This document shows, in pieces, positions 26,219-39,585 of a stretch of DNA of 64,000 nucleotides. The notes beneath the pieces are model-generated. The model was not told the origin of the DNA. It did no database searches and worked only from the letters and a program-made list of their open reading frames with translations. The DNA comes from Octopus vulgaris (taxonomy: Eukaryota), in the NCBI GenBank assembly GCA_951406725.2, contig OX597836.1:7688001-7752000 (forward strand), given 5' to 3'. The first letter of the stretch is position 1. Every line of letters starts with the position of its first letter. Both the position numbers and the translations under genes were made by a program.

Positions 26219-26533
26219 AGGTGCAGCAATATCAAAGGAAGGCTAACTGGGAGGATAGTTTTCATATGTGGCAGATGCTCGGGCGCTATAAATAATACTG
26301 AAAATGTCCAGAGACCAACTTCCGCCACATTCCAGGGAGAAAAACTAGAAGTAGTTGATAGCTTCTGTTACCTAGGTGACCAAGTCAGTAGCGGGGGAAG
26401 TTGCACTGAAAGTGTAGCTGCTAGAATAAGAATAGCCTGGGCTAAGTTCAGAGAGCTCTTACCTCTGCTGGTGACAAAGGGCCTCTCACTTAGAATAAAA
26501 GGTAGACTGTACGATGCATGTGTACGAACAGCT
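26219..26533 (+). pseudogene. RTE-clade reverse transcriptase ORF2 fragment
   Basis: GEKLEVVDSFCYLGDQVSSGGSCTESVAARIRIAWAKFRELLPLLVTKGLSLRIKGRLYDACVR is the typical post-RT region of RTE LINEs. Confidence 0.9.
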
Positions 26534-28741
26534 TTGGGTTTAAATTCTGCCAAGGTAAGCTTTGCCTTTCATTCTTTTTAGGGTCAATCAAAATAAATAG
26601 ATAAATAAAAGAATAAAATAAAAATTGGAAAATGTCAATCCAGGGCTGTGGATTTGTAGAATTGTCAGAGGGCTCAGCAAAATTCCTTGTGACCTCTGTT
26701 TTGGCTTTTTGCATTCAGACCCCACCACCTGCATCAACACTGGTTCTGATCTGTATTTGTATGAGTTGACAGCCTTTCCTTTGGATAAACATTAGCTAAG
26801 GAATTCCGGCCATGACCATTCCCTAGTTTTCCTGACCAATGGAGCTACTGCATACACTCATGCAGTGTCAAGTGTTGCTAACTTTGTGAAGTTATATCAA
26901 ACAGCTGGTCTTATATGTTGGACAAATTTGGCTACCAGCCAAGTCCATCCTGAGAATGGCTCCACCAGCCACTTTTTAACAGGAGTGGGCAGGCAGTATT
27001 CCTCTTGTTTAGTGGCAATAGTAAAAGAAGGTTGTGTGGTAGATGATTATGTAGGTTTGTATCTTGTCGTGACAATTTGTGATTATTGTAAACGTAATTC
27101 ATTTCCAATATTCTGCAAAAACATGTCTGGTCATGTGAAAATATTACCTTGCTGGGAAATGGGTAAAAGTAGGTGTCAGGAAGGGCATCTGGCCATAGAA
27201 AACCTGGCTGATCCATGCAAGCATAGAAGTGGATATTAAAATGATGGCCATCTCTATCCCCTATTATAAGTATAATCGCATGGTCATGCCGATCCCACAT
27301 TCATCTTACTACCTTATATCTTTTACTTGTTTCAGTCTTTAGACTGTGGCCATGCTGGGGCAGTGCCTTGAAGAATTTTTGTCAAATGAATTGACCCCAA
27401 GCCTGGTACTTATTCTATCAATCTCTCTTGCCAAACTGCTAAGTTACAGGGACGTAAACACACCAACACCAGTTGTCAAGCAGTACTGGGGGATAAACAA
27501 AGACACATGCATATATATGACAGGCTTCTTTCAGCTTCCATCTCTCAAATCCACTCACAAGGCTTTGGTCTGCCTAAGGCTATAGTAGAAGACACTTGCC
27601 CAAGGTGCCATGAAGTAGGACTGAACCTGGAACCATGTGGTTGTGAAGCAAGCTTCTTACCACACAGACGCACACCTGCCCCACATTTATGTAATCACAT
27701 GGCCACATGGCCCTGTCTGTCCCACATTATACAATGTATATACATTTTCAAGCAAAAGGAATCTCTACTTGGTCACTCAGTATGCTAAAAATAACAGGCT
27801 AATCTCCCTTCTCCAGACGCTGCATGGTGAGATTGAACACGAAACTACAGCCTCGTAGGTCTGCTCACTCAGGGCCAACTTAGGAATAAACGACGACCAC
27901 AATACGATGTTTCTTCGATGAATTGTATTCATGTGAAATAATTTTAACCATTCCAGTTATTTTATACGGAGTTTCATTGCTGTTGTCTGTGTGTGGTGGC
28001 AGCGAGGGGTGGGGGCCCTCGCAATGATTTCTGATGTGTATTTTAAATATCAAACGTTACTACTTGATGGCTTTCTTCACCTTGACCTACTTGAGATTTC
28101 GTTATTATTTTTTTCTTCTTCTTAGTTCTTTTCTATTACTTAAAATGTGACAATTCTGTATAAAGAGAAGAGAAAAGAAAGTGTTGGCTGTAGGTTGTTG
28201 TTGTGGATGTTCATTTGATAATCCTGTCTTAATAAATTGTGGCAGGAGGATAAAAATGCACCCACTTCTACCCTGTTGAAAACCATGCTGGAAATAACTT
28301 GAAATTCTCAGCTACATGGTGGGTGGTTGAGGTTTTTTTCTGTGGTGGTGGAGGTGGTGAAGTTTGTGGTGGTGGTGGTGGTGGTGGTATTGAGGTGGTT
28401 GGTGATGATTGTGATGAAAGGTAACGTGTTGTGAAACCTGTCTAAACTATGATGGAAAAGGACGCCTCCTTCCCCTGCTGCCACCTGCCCTGATGCAAAA
28501 TGATGATGATGATGATGATGATGATGATAAATATGTGTGTTTATATGTTTTATAGCCTTGCTATATTTTAAAAAAATACTTATGTCTGTGCACACCATTT
28601 TCAAACTCACCAACATCAATTACAAACCCACAATCACTTCAATGATGGTAGATTTAATATCACAGGCAAACATATGCACCATTGCACCACACATGCATGC
28701 TCATACTCATGTGCAGCTAGTCTTTCTTTCTCTCTCTATCT

Positions 28742-28781
<40 letters not shown>

Positions 28782-29254
28782 GTTTGGGCTAAATTTGAGC
28801 TTGCATGATTACAACATATCATCTAAAAATGAAAGTATTTTAAAAAGATAAAAAAATATTGGCTGGGAGATGGGAGTTTACTCAAAAAGCCACTACCTGC
28901 TTCTACCACAGCCTTAAGATGGCTCCAGAACCTGGCATGTGTGTTCCTCCCTGCAAACCTGGGAAGATCATCAGACACCTCCTTGATCTTGGCCACCACC
29001 CTGGCCTTGGTGTTACAAGCAGAATGATTGGTTTCTTTCTCAACCACATTCCCGACTCACAGCTACAACTTTATTCCTTATGCTTTGCAATGTTGGCTTA
29101 ACCTTCAACTGTCACTAGATTGCATTTCCAAGTGATTCGACAGAAGCAACATAAAATGAAGAGCTCTGCTTCAGAACACAATGTGTCACCTTACTCTAAG
29201 AATCGAATCCATGATATAAGAATTGTTAGCCCAACATTCTATGTATATTGGTTT

Positions 29255-29724
29255 CAAATTTTGGCACAGGGTCAACAATTTCAGTGGTGGGGTAAGTCAA
29301 TTACATTGACTCCCTACCGCTCTCTGCCGGTGCTCACCTGGTCCTTATTTCATCAACCACGAAAGGATGAAAAGCAAAGTCAGCTTCGGCAGAATTTGAA
29401 CTCAGAATGTAGAGATGAAATGCTGTTGAACATTTTGCATGATGTGCTAACAATTTGGCCAGCACCACTTCAATAATGATAGTAGTAGTAGTAACGATAA
29501 TAATAATAATCCCTTTTACTGTAGGCACAAGGCCTGAAATTTTGGAGGAAGGGGCAAGTCAATGACATCAATCCTAGTGTTCAACTAGTACTTAATTTAT
29601 CAACCCCCGAAAAGATGAAAAGCAAAGTCGACCTTGGCAGAATTTGAACTCAAAACATAGCAGCAGACGAAAAACCACTAAGCATTTTGCCTGGCATGCT
29701 AACAATTCTGCCAGCTTGCTGCCT

Positions 29725-29770
<46 letters not shown>

Positions 29771-29965
29771 GTGGGTTAAAATCTTTGGCACAGGGCCAGC
29801 AGTTTTTGAGGTGAGTGGGGAGTCGATTACATCAACCCCAATGCTCAACTGGTATTTATTTCTTTGACCCTGAGAGAATGAAAAGCAAAGTCAACTTTAG
29901 CAGAATTTGAACTCAGAATGTGAAGTCAGACAAAAATACTACTAGATATTTTGCTTGCCATCTTG
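29255..29965 (-). mobile_element. Tandem cluster of three SINE-B copies separated by (AAT)n tails
   Basis: Three aaaagcaaagtc..gcagaatttgaactca cores at ~29370, ~29620 and ~29880. Confidence 0.85.
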
Positions 29966-31333
29966 GTACCTTTCTGACAACTTGGTACCTTTGCATGTGT
30001 ATATATATATATATATATATATTAGATTCACAAAAACAGGCATATAGTGAAGTTCTAACAATCATATCTGAACTTATACTATATACACACACCTGTATAC
30101 ACATACATGTGGCTACATACACACAAACATAAGTAAATACAGACTTACACACAAACATACACACACATCCCTGCACTTATGCACATACACACCTACACAT
30201 AAGCGTACAAGTAGGTTTATTTATACAAGTAAGGTGAATGACTAACAGTACATACATGCATACTGATTCCATTTTGGAAACCACATGTATAAACAGAAAA
30301 TTATAAGCAAAAATCATATAGATGCATGCATATGTACATACATTCAAACACACACACAAATGCTTACACATGCACATACGTATATGTATGTGTGTGTGTC
30401 GGTGTGTAAAATCTTTGGACAACTATCTATTTATGAAGGACTAATTTGGACCATCTTAACTGCTTTCTGCATAAATACATTTGTGTAGATATTTCTGTAA
30501 CTTGTTTATAAATGCTTTGATGCCATAAACAATTGCCTGTCTATCTTTTATTTTACATATTTTATATATAACTAGCAGCCTTTCAGCTATGGCAACAAGT
30601 ATTCCAGTTGATCAGATCAATGAAACAACCTGCTCAAGAAATTGATGTGTAAGTGGCTGAGCACTCCACAGACATGTGTGCCCTTAACGTAGTTCTTTGA
30701 AAGATTTAGTGTGACACAGAAAATGATAAAGCTGGCCCTTTGAAATACAGGTACAACTCCTTTTTGCTAGTTGAGTGGACTGGAGGATCAAGAAATAAAG
30801 TATCTTGCTGAAGGACACAACACGCTGCTGGGAATTGAACTCGTGATCTTGAGCCAAATACCCTAACCACCATGTCATGTATCTTTGGATATCCATTTAT
30901 GGTGGGACTATCTTACTGCTTTCTATTTAGTTGTAATTATATACATGTTTGTATAACTTATTTATGATGCCATAAACAACTGCTTGTCCATCTTTTATTT
31001 TACATATCTAAAATTTGAGGGGATAAATATAATCCAGGCTGTCCCTTTCTTAGCACTTCATGTAAGAACCAGGTTAAACTGATATTTTTAAAGTTGATTG
31101 TTTCAAATAATGATCACTGATGAAGTGAATGAACACTAATAATAATTCTATTTTATTTCATTGCATATTACTTATATTGTATTTATTACATATTTGTATA
31201 TGTGGTATAGAATAAAAAATGCTCACTTATTGAAACAATTGTAACATCAGTTTGGAATTGTCTTTACCTCACTATCTTTAAGATAGCATGTTGGCACTAA
31301 CATACATACATACATACATATATATATATATAT

Positions 31334-31365
<32 letters not shown>

Positions 31366-32038
31366 CAAATACTCATACACATGTATAGACCCATGGATTC
31401 ATGTATAGTCAAGTGATATATCTTTCATTTGCCAAGGTTTTAATTAGTATAACAACATGTGTTGGAAAACTGATACTGTGTGGTAGTAGGAAGACAGACA
31501 CTGTTGAGCTGTTGCTGGGTAGCGTAGTTGGGAGGAATTAATTATGATTATGATATTCTGAACATGTTAATTTTAGCAATAAATTAAAAGCAGGTGTTGA
31601 CAACATTGGCTGTGAATCAACACACAAAATGACTGTGGTTTCAAGCATTTCAGAAGAATTGGCAATATGATAGCAGTTACCTGTGCAGAATGTGGTGATG
31701 ATCTTAGAGATGAGATCTGAGAAATTTTAGTTGGAGAGCAATAAATGATCAGGGATAGAGCAGAGTCAGTGTTTATGACACTTGCCAAACCCAAGCTTGG
31801 AGCCTTACTACTCTCTAAAAAAAGGAAGGATATATTGGATGGTGTACTCTAAGAATAAAGAGAAAAGACTGGATGCTCATGCCTGGAACCTATTTGATCA
31901 TTGGTTAGCTTAACCTGACAACATAGTAGTGTTTTCTGCATGGCCTGACATGTTTTCAAGGAAGAATGGAAATGAAGGACATTGCTTCTTGGATGGCGAT
32001 GCTCATTTGCAACTGACACAATGCCAAGACACGGAGGC

Positions 32039-32083
<45 letters not shown>

Positions 32084-32474
32084 GAGGGACACACACACAC
32101 CAGAGGGGGAAGTAAAGTGTCTTAGCAAATTGAACCCTGGACATTGGGAAGGCATCTGGCTGATGATACACACACACATACATACACACAATAGGCTATT
32201 TCCAGTTTCTCCCTACCAAATCCACTCACAAGGCTTTGGTCAGGCCACAGCTATAGAAGACACTTGTCTAGAGTTCCATGTAGTGGTATTGAACCTGCAC
32301 TAATGAGGTTGGGAAGTATACTTCTCAACCACAGCAACTCTTCTCAGCCGAAATTGCGAAGATGATCCGGTTCTTGACTGAAGATCGAAGGCTTCGAATG
32401 TCCCGTCCGTCTTTTTGTATCGTCTTCTAAATGTTTTGCGTTCTTGTCCCAGTTTGTGTTTTTTTACATTTACC

Positions 32475-32515
<41 letters not shown>

Positions 32516-32640
32516 GTGAGTATTGTAGTTTGCTTGGAGCATTGTGTATTGTTTGTAAAGAATAAGAAGTTTTGAATGGTACAACAATGCACTATAATAC
32601 AGACAATGGGCTGAGTATACCTGTTGTAATTTAGTCATCC

Positions 32641-32671
<31 letters not shown>

Positions 32672-33415
32672 GGGTGACTCTGGCTGTTTGGGCTTAGCCT
32701 GAGTATAAATCTAGTAAAGTGAACATGTATTTTCAAGCTGATTTAATTTCTGCCAACACTGACTTCAAGTCTGTAATTGCAGCCAATAACTTGGACTCCT
32801 TTTCTTAAGCCTGGTCACAGTTCATTTATTTTCATTCAGCATCTGGGGGTCATCTTAGCGGTACCCTGTGTCAAAAAATATCATTCGTAGCAGACATTCT
32901 TTCGACATCATTCACACACACCTGACTCAGGCTCAGAAGTTACAGCCTGAGCTTTTATCTAGAATCGTATCAATTAAAAGTAATCCGTATCCAATGTTTT
33001 CCTGAAACAATAAATTTCTATGAAAAGTTTCCATTCTACAATATTCTTAAAAGTACACAAAATTATCCAGCAACTCAGGCTAATACAAACAAGCCTGGTA
33101 GGTGTAAAAGACTAATTGGCATCTCTTGTCAAGAATACAGGCAACAGTCAGATCGCAGATGTTTGTTCTGCACTCCGCTGTTGTTTCTTTGATTGCTGTT
33201 ATTCTGTGTGTCTGTGTGTAAGGATCAGCTGTGTTTTGCAAGGTTGCTTTATTTTTACCCTTAACTTAGAACTGGAGAAAGACATAATGCTAGTTATAGA
33301 AAAATAAGCCATTTGAGGCTAGACATAAAGCAGAAAAACGTGAAATTCTTTGAGCAGGCACATGTCTTATGTGAAATCTGTCATGAACCTAAGTGATGCT
33401 GATAACCTGGAGTTG

Positions 33416-33450
<35 letters not shown>

Positions 33451-33669
33451 TCATTTTAAATTTTGGGGCAAAGCCAGCAATTTTGAGGGAAGAAGTAAAT
33501 TGATTACATTAACCCCAACACTCAACTAGTATTTATTTTATTGGCCCCAAAAGGATAAAAGGCAAGGCTGACCCTGTTGGCATTTGAACTCAGAATGTAA
33601 AATCAGATGAAATGTCACTAAGCATTTTGCCTAGGGCAATAAAGAGTCTGCCGACTCAACTTTTACATA

Positions 33670-33867
33670 TATCATCATCATCATCATCATCGTTTAACAT
33701 CCGTTTTCCGTGCTAGCACGGGTTGGACGGTTTGACCGGGGTCTGGGAAGCCAGGAGGCTGCACCAGGCTCCAGTCTGATCTGGCAGAGTTTCTACTGCT
33801 GGATGCCCTTCCTAACGCCAACCACTCCGCGAGTGTAGTGGGTGCTTTTTACGTGCCACCTGCACAG
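33670..33867 (-). mobile_element. RTE 3' UTR fragment
   Basis: (CAT)n cgtttaacatccgttttcc..ggatgcccttcctaacgccaacc..ggtgctttttacgtgccacc. Confidence 0.85.
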
Positions 33868-34451
33868 AAAAGGTTTTTGTCAAAGAAATCAATCCCAGGA
33901 CTTATTCTTTTTAAGATTAGTACATATTCTATCAGTCTGTTTTGCCGAACTGCTAAGTTACAGGAGCATAAATACACCAACAAAATGGTGGGGGAACAAA
34001 CACTGACACAAACACACACACACACACACATACACACATACCACATGGGATTCTTTCAATTTCCACCAACCAAACCCACTCACAAGACTTTGGACAGCTA
34101 AAGGCTATAACAGAGGTCCCTTATATGTGTGTGTATATATGTGTGTATATTTATATGTATGTATATATATGTATACATATATACACACATATATACACAC
34201 ACATATAAGGGACCTCTGTTATAGCCTTTAGCCGTCCAAAGTCTTGTGAGTGGGTTTGGTTGGTGGAAATTGAAAGAATCCCATGTGGTATGTGTGTGTG
34301 TGTGTGTTTGTGTCAGTGTTTGTTCCCCCACCATTTTGTTGGTGTATTTATGCTCCCGTAACTTAGCAGTTCGGCAAAACAGACTGATAGAATATGTACT
34401 AAGCTTAAAAAGAATAAGTCCTGGGATTGATTTCTTTGACAAAAACCTTTT
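33868..34451. repeat. Near-perfect ~580-bp palindrome (inverted duplication of a SINE-A body)
   Basis: Arms 33868-34150 and 34179-34451 share private variants and differ only by ~3 substitutions and (CA)n length; 28-bp TA-rich spacer. Confidence 0.95.
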
Positions 34452-34517
34452 AAAGTGGTGCTTCAGCATGGCCACAGTGAAATGACTGAAAGAAGTAAAA
34501 GAATTATATATATATAT

Positions 34518-34662
34518 GGCGTTAGGAAGGGCATCCAGCCGTAGAAACACTGCCAGATCTGACTGGGCCTGACGAAGCCTCCCAGCTTCACTGACTCCAG
34601 TTGAACCATCCAACCCATGCTAGCATGGAAAGCGGACGCTAAATGATGATGATGATGATGAT
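34518..34662 (+). mobile_element. Young 5'-truncated RTE 3'-UTR copy in (TA)n; near-identical twin at 45079-45229
   Basis: Both start (TA)n|ggcgttaggaagggcatccagccgtagaaacactgcc and end in (GAT)n. Confidence 0.9.
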
Positions 34663-35275
34663 ATGAACACAACCCTAGTGTCATGTCGATATACACACAC
34701 AATCTAAAGAGTATCTGAATTGCAAAGCATTTTTTCTTTTTTATGATAAAGAACATGCTGTAAGAGATATGATTTGAACCTTTCACCTTATTAATGACAT
34801 ATCACCCTGTTCCTCTCCACCGCACACACACACACATGCATTATCAATGTTTCATGACATCATCCCACCAGACTAAGTGGCACAGGTATTACTTACAAAC
34901 ACAACATTACTATCGTAGCTTGCTGATTGCTGTAGAAAGTTACTGCTTCTTGTAGACATTCAGTTGGCTTATCACATCTGACTATTTTGCATACTTTGTA
35001 TTTCTGATGCTCTCTTGAAAATGCTTTGCAATTTACTGAGTTCAAGGTAGCGAGCTGGCAGAAACGTTAGCACACCAGGCGAAATGCTCAGCAGTATTTC
35101 GTCTGTCTTTACATTCTGAGTTCAAATTCCACTGAGGTCGACTTTGCCTTTCATCCTTTCGGGGGCCAATAAATTAAGTACCAGTTGCATACTGCCCCCC
35201 CACCTCCCCAAAAATTTCAGGCCTTGTGCCTAGGAGTAGAAAAGAATTTTCTGTGAGTTCATCTGTGTGTGTGTA

Positions 35276-35454
35276 TATACACTCTCAAAGCGCTAAATGT
35301 TAAACCACCTCAGAGTCATGGACAGGTGAGGTAACTCACCTTCAATCCCATTCAGGAGTGATGGACATTGATGTTTTGCTATTTTTGTGGCTTTACCTTG
35401 CCTGTCCATGACTCTGAGTTGTTTTAACACCTAGCGTTTTAAGAGGGTCTATAC
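35276..35454. mobile_element. MITE with ~55-bp inverted arms
   Basis: cgctaaatgttaaaccacctcagagtcatggacagg / cctgtccatgactctgagttgttttaacacctagcg. Confidence 0.75.
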
Positions 35455-35455
35455 T

Positions 35456-35709
35456 CACTGGCTCGGGAACAAAATTTGTTTAGGGGGTCCAAGCCCAGGC
35501 CCAAAGACTTATACAAATAGGGTCATGTTTTTTACTATTTATGTTTGTTCTTTGTTCTTTGCGAAGAAACCTAATTCAAGCTACTTTTTACAGATCACTT
35601 TTTACTCAGTTTTTAAACCTAAGAAAAGTAAGTCGGGATGCAAATTTGGATTTTGCACCCTGAAAAAATTTTAGTGGGTGCACTTACACTCCCAGTTCCT
35701 GGGCCCCTC
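35456..35709. mobile_element. hAT-like MITE
   Basis: TIR-like cactggctcgggaac / gttcctgggcccct; 8-bp TSD tctatact / tatatact. Confidence 0.6.
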
Positions 35710-38169
35710 TATATACTCGAAGCCTTGTGAGTGGATTTGGTAGATGAAAACTGAAAAAAGCTCATCATATAATTATATACATGTATGTTTGTATGTTTTT
35801 TCCCCCATCACTGCTTGGCAATTGGTGTTGGGATGTTTACACCCCCATAACTTAGCGGTTCAGCAAAAGGAACTGATAGAATAAGTACCAGGCTTAAGAA
35901 ATAAGTCCTAGGGTTGATTTATTTGACTAAAACCCTTCAATGCGGTGCTCCAGCATGGCTGCAGTCAAATGAGTGAAACAAGTAAAAGAATAAAAGAATA
36001 TATATTCCTCATTTCCCCATCCACTTTCCATGCCAGCCTCACTGGATGGGTTGTCACCGTCTGAATCAGTTAATTTTCAAAGTTACTGCTCTCTTAGACA
36101 GATCAAGGGACCACCACGTCCTGTTCATTTGCTTTATCTTTGGCACGAGAGAGAGAATACAAGGACTAAAGAGCTTTTCAAATTATGTTAAATGTCTTCT
36201 ATTATTAGTGGAGGCAGACAATCAAATGAGTCGCCATGTTGAACACATTTATTAACAAAATGAATTATGAATAAGATTATAGAACAAATGCTAAGTACAT
36301 AATACTTGACTGCAAAGTGTATGATGATAATAATAATAATAATAACAATAGTGAAAGGAATCATTAAAGCAAATTAAATAAGTCAGCAAAACACATATAA
36401 GGTTAACTATAATTATGAAATTATCAATACCAATTAATAACAATAGATTGTTAATTACAACTCAAAAGAAATAAAACTTAAAATCAATTTAAAAGCCATC
36501 ACTGTTGAATTCTTCATTATCACTGATGCCAAAAACAGCATCTAATTCCTCTTGTAGCAGTGTTTCGTCTGCTTGAAATGAAACAGTTGAATATGGCTGT
36601 TTGGATACAGAAGATCTGGCATGGCTAACTGGACAGTGAACCAGTTTTGGCGATGCCTGTTTAGGCAACAGTCATTTAATATGTCTTAATGTACCTGAAA
36701 GAGTAAAAGGCAAAGTCAACCTTGGAGAAATTTGAACTCAGAACATAAAGCCAGACAAAATGATAATGATCCTGCCAGTTCCCTGCCTTCCACACACCAG
36801 CTTAATAATAATTCCAAATTTTAACACAAGGTCAGCTATTTCCTGGAAGGGGTTAAGTCGATTATATCATTCCCCAATGTTCAACTGGTACTGGTTTTAT
36901 CAACCCTGAAAAGATGAAAAGTCAAACCCAGAACATAAAGACAGACAAAATACTGCTAAGCATTTCATCAGGCATGCTAACGATTCTACCGCTTCCAGCC
37001 TTTCAAACATCAGCATAATAATGACTGATATGTTTGATAAATTCTTCATAATATTCGAAATTAATAGCAATGAAGACAGTGTATTTCAGCAGTTATATGG
37101 TAACAAAAGGGTTAAAGTGATCTAAATTTGGAGACACTTCCATAGAATCCAATCTTATATGGAGCAGAGAGTTACAATGTCATAACTACTCCTTGGTGTG
37201 TGTTTGTGTCTTGTGTTTATAATAACAACTGGTTGTGACCTATAATTTTCATTTTCTTGCACAAGATCTTTTACTCTCATATAAAAGTCACACCCCTTGA
37301 CATTATTATTATCATTATTATTATTATTATTTCTTCGATTACTTTTATTGAAGATGTGTACAAAAAAATGTGATGTGTGATTATGCAAAAATAAATACAT
37401 ACATAGACACACACATACATGTATATATCTTATTGGACTGTGTAACTCAGGCTTGAAAGACAACTGATTGTTAGAATTTGCCTTTGTCTTTTTTCAAAGT
37501 TATAATTTGTAGCAAGAGAAGGCTTCTTCTTCCTTTTCTTTTCTCCTTCCATTTCTTCTTTTTTCCTGTTTCTTTCACTTATTATTATTATTATTATTAT
37601 TATTATACTAAGGTGGTGAGCTGGTAGAATTGTTAACATGCTGGATAAAATGCTTAGCGACATTTTGTCTGTCTTTACATTCTGAGTTCAAATTCCACCG
37701 AGGTTGACTTTGCCTTTCATCCTTTCGAGGTTGATTAAATAAGTACAAATTCCATTGAGGTTGACTTCATTCTGCATCCTTTTGGACTGGATAGGATAAG
37801 TAGCAGTTTGAGTGCTGGGGGTCGATGTAATCAGCTTGCCTGCTTCCCCCCAATTTCAAGTTGTGCGCCTAGAGTAGTAAAAAAAAAAAAGCATTATTAT
37901 CATTATTCTCATATGTTCGGACTGGGGTGTCTTGGGATTATTCTTTAATAAGTAGATTTAGAAAAAACTAAAACTAAATGTTTTGTAAGAAATGTCTGTC
38001 ATTAACATTCCTTGTCAATTGCCCAATTCACTGCAAACACGCCAGCGTATTCAAAACCTTTTCCTCTGTAACTCACCTCCCCCTCTGCCCACCATCTTTT
38101 CCTATTTCTTCCTATTTGACTGACTCCATGCTATCCACTTGCTGCTACCTAATGGGTCAGGCAGTTATT

Positions 38170-38201
<32 letters not shown>

Positions 38202-39258
38202 ATATTGTGCAGGCTTAGCCTTTCGTTCCTTATCTTTGTTAGTTCCTTTTTTCTTTTGGTTTTCTTTTGCTAGTTGCTGTTGTTGTTGTTATTGTTGGTG
38301 GTGTTTGAAAAAGAGGATTAGGTGGAGTTGGAATTTGAATCAACTCCTCCCTCCTCCCCCTATCATTGCTTACTCCATAACATTAACAAAAAAAAAATAC
38401 AAATGAAAGCAGTTTAAGTAGGTCTCCCAACTTAATTTTTCTACCAATATTTCGAGGTACACACACGCACACTTGTTATCATATATATATATATATATAT
38501 ATATACATACATATGTTGCATAGATTTACTATATGAAGGACTTATCCAGTTGAGGTGCAATGGTTAGAATATACATACATACATATAAAGTTTGGTAGCA
38601 TAAACAGGATAAACAGAACTCAATGCATTTCTATTTATTAATTTTTACACTTTAAAAAATTTTTGTAATCTTCAGCCAATTAAAGAAAAATTACTATATA
38701 TATATATATATATATACACATACATATATGAGAGAGAGAGAGAGAGAGATAAAGGCTATAAATAATTGAAAACAAGTGTGAATGTGTAATCTCTCTCTCT
38801 CTCTGTATACACACACACATACATACACAGATAGAGAGAGAGGGGGGAGGATGCTTATTATACACTCACATTTGTTTTACTCCAATCATACAGTATTTCT
38901 GTCTATTATATGTGGTGTATATCAGAATGTGTGTGTGTGTGTGCATAGTTATGCGTTCACTTAAACACTAACATCAGCAAACACAAACAACCTTTTGTTG
39001 TTAGAAAGTCTCTTTTCTTTTCTTTTCTTTTCTTTCTGCCATTTTCTTTGCTTAAATGTCTGTCCATCATTCTTAATCTCTCTCTCTCTCTCTCTCTCTC
39101 TGAAAGCTTCCTATAGAAACAAGGAGGAGGCAGAGGGAGCGTACTGAGCCAAAATATAGTCATTGCTATTTTCCGGGAGTTTTAATTCATGGTTACTCTC
39201 ACAGTTTGTCTGTTTCTGTCCTCTTCTCCTCTGCTAAAGCTTGCTTTATACATGCGTA

Positions 39259-39269
<11 letters not shown>

Positions 39270-39297
<28 letters not shown>

Positions 39298-39585
39298 CCT
39301 ATATACACCCTTAAACACACACACTCTCTCTCTCACACACACACACACCCTACATACACCCTTAAACACACACACTCTCTCACACACACACACACACACA
39401 CCCTACATACACCCTTAAACACACACTCTCTCTCACACACACACACACACCCTACATATACCCTTAAACGCACACTCTCTCTCTCACACACACACACATC
39501 CTACATACACCCTTAAACACACTCTCTCTCACACACACACACCCTACATACACCCTTAAACACACTCCCTCACACACACACACAC
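39270..39585. repeat. Minisatellite (~50-55-bp unit, ~6 copies) built from microsatellites
   Basis: (CA)n-ccctacatacacccttaaa-(CA)n-(CT)n repeated. Confidence 0.9.

Noticed and set aside
28920-28980. Minus-strand CTGATGA with a downstream stem (also ~9065, 31118, 50317)
   Set aside because: GAAA and/or stem I are missing; chance matches
32340-32470. CTGAAGA-tcgaaggcttcga CpG-rich segment as a hammerhead
   Set aside because: No GAAA and no stem I pairing; probably a fragment of an unclassified young repeat
34560-34590. CTGACGA in the RTE tail as a hammerhead core
   Set aside because: No correctly placed GAAA, and stems cannot be closed in type I, II or III topology
35484-35505. ggtccaagccc resembling the twister motif GGUCCCAAGCCC
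   Set aside because: Lies inside a hAT-like MITE; other twister elements are absent
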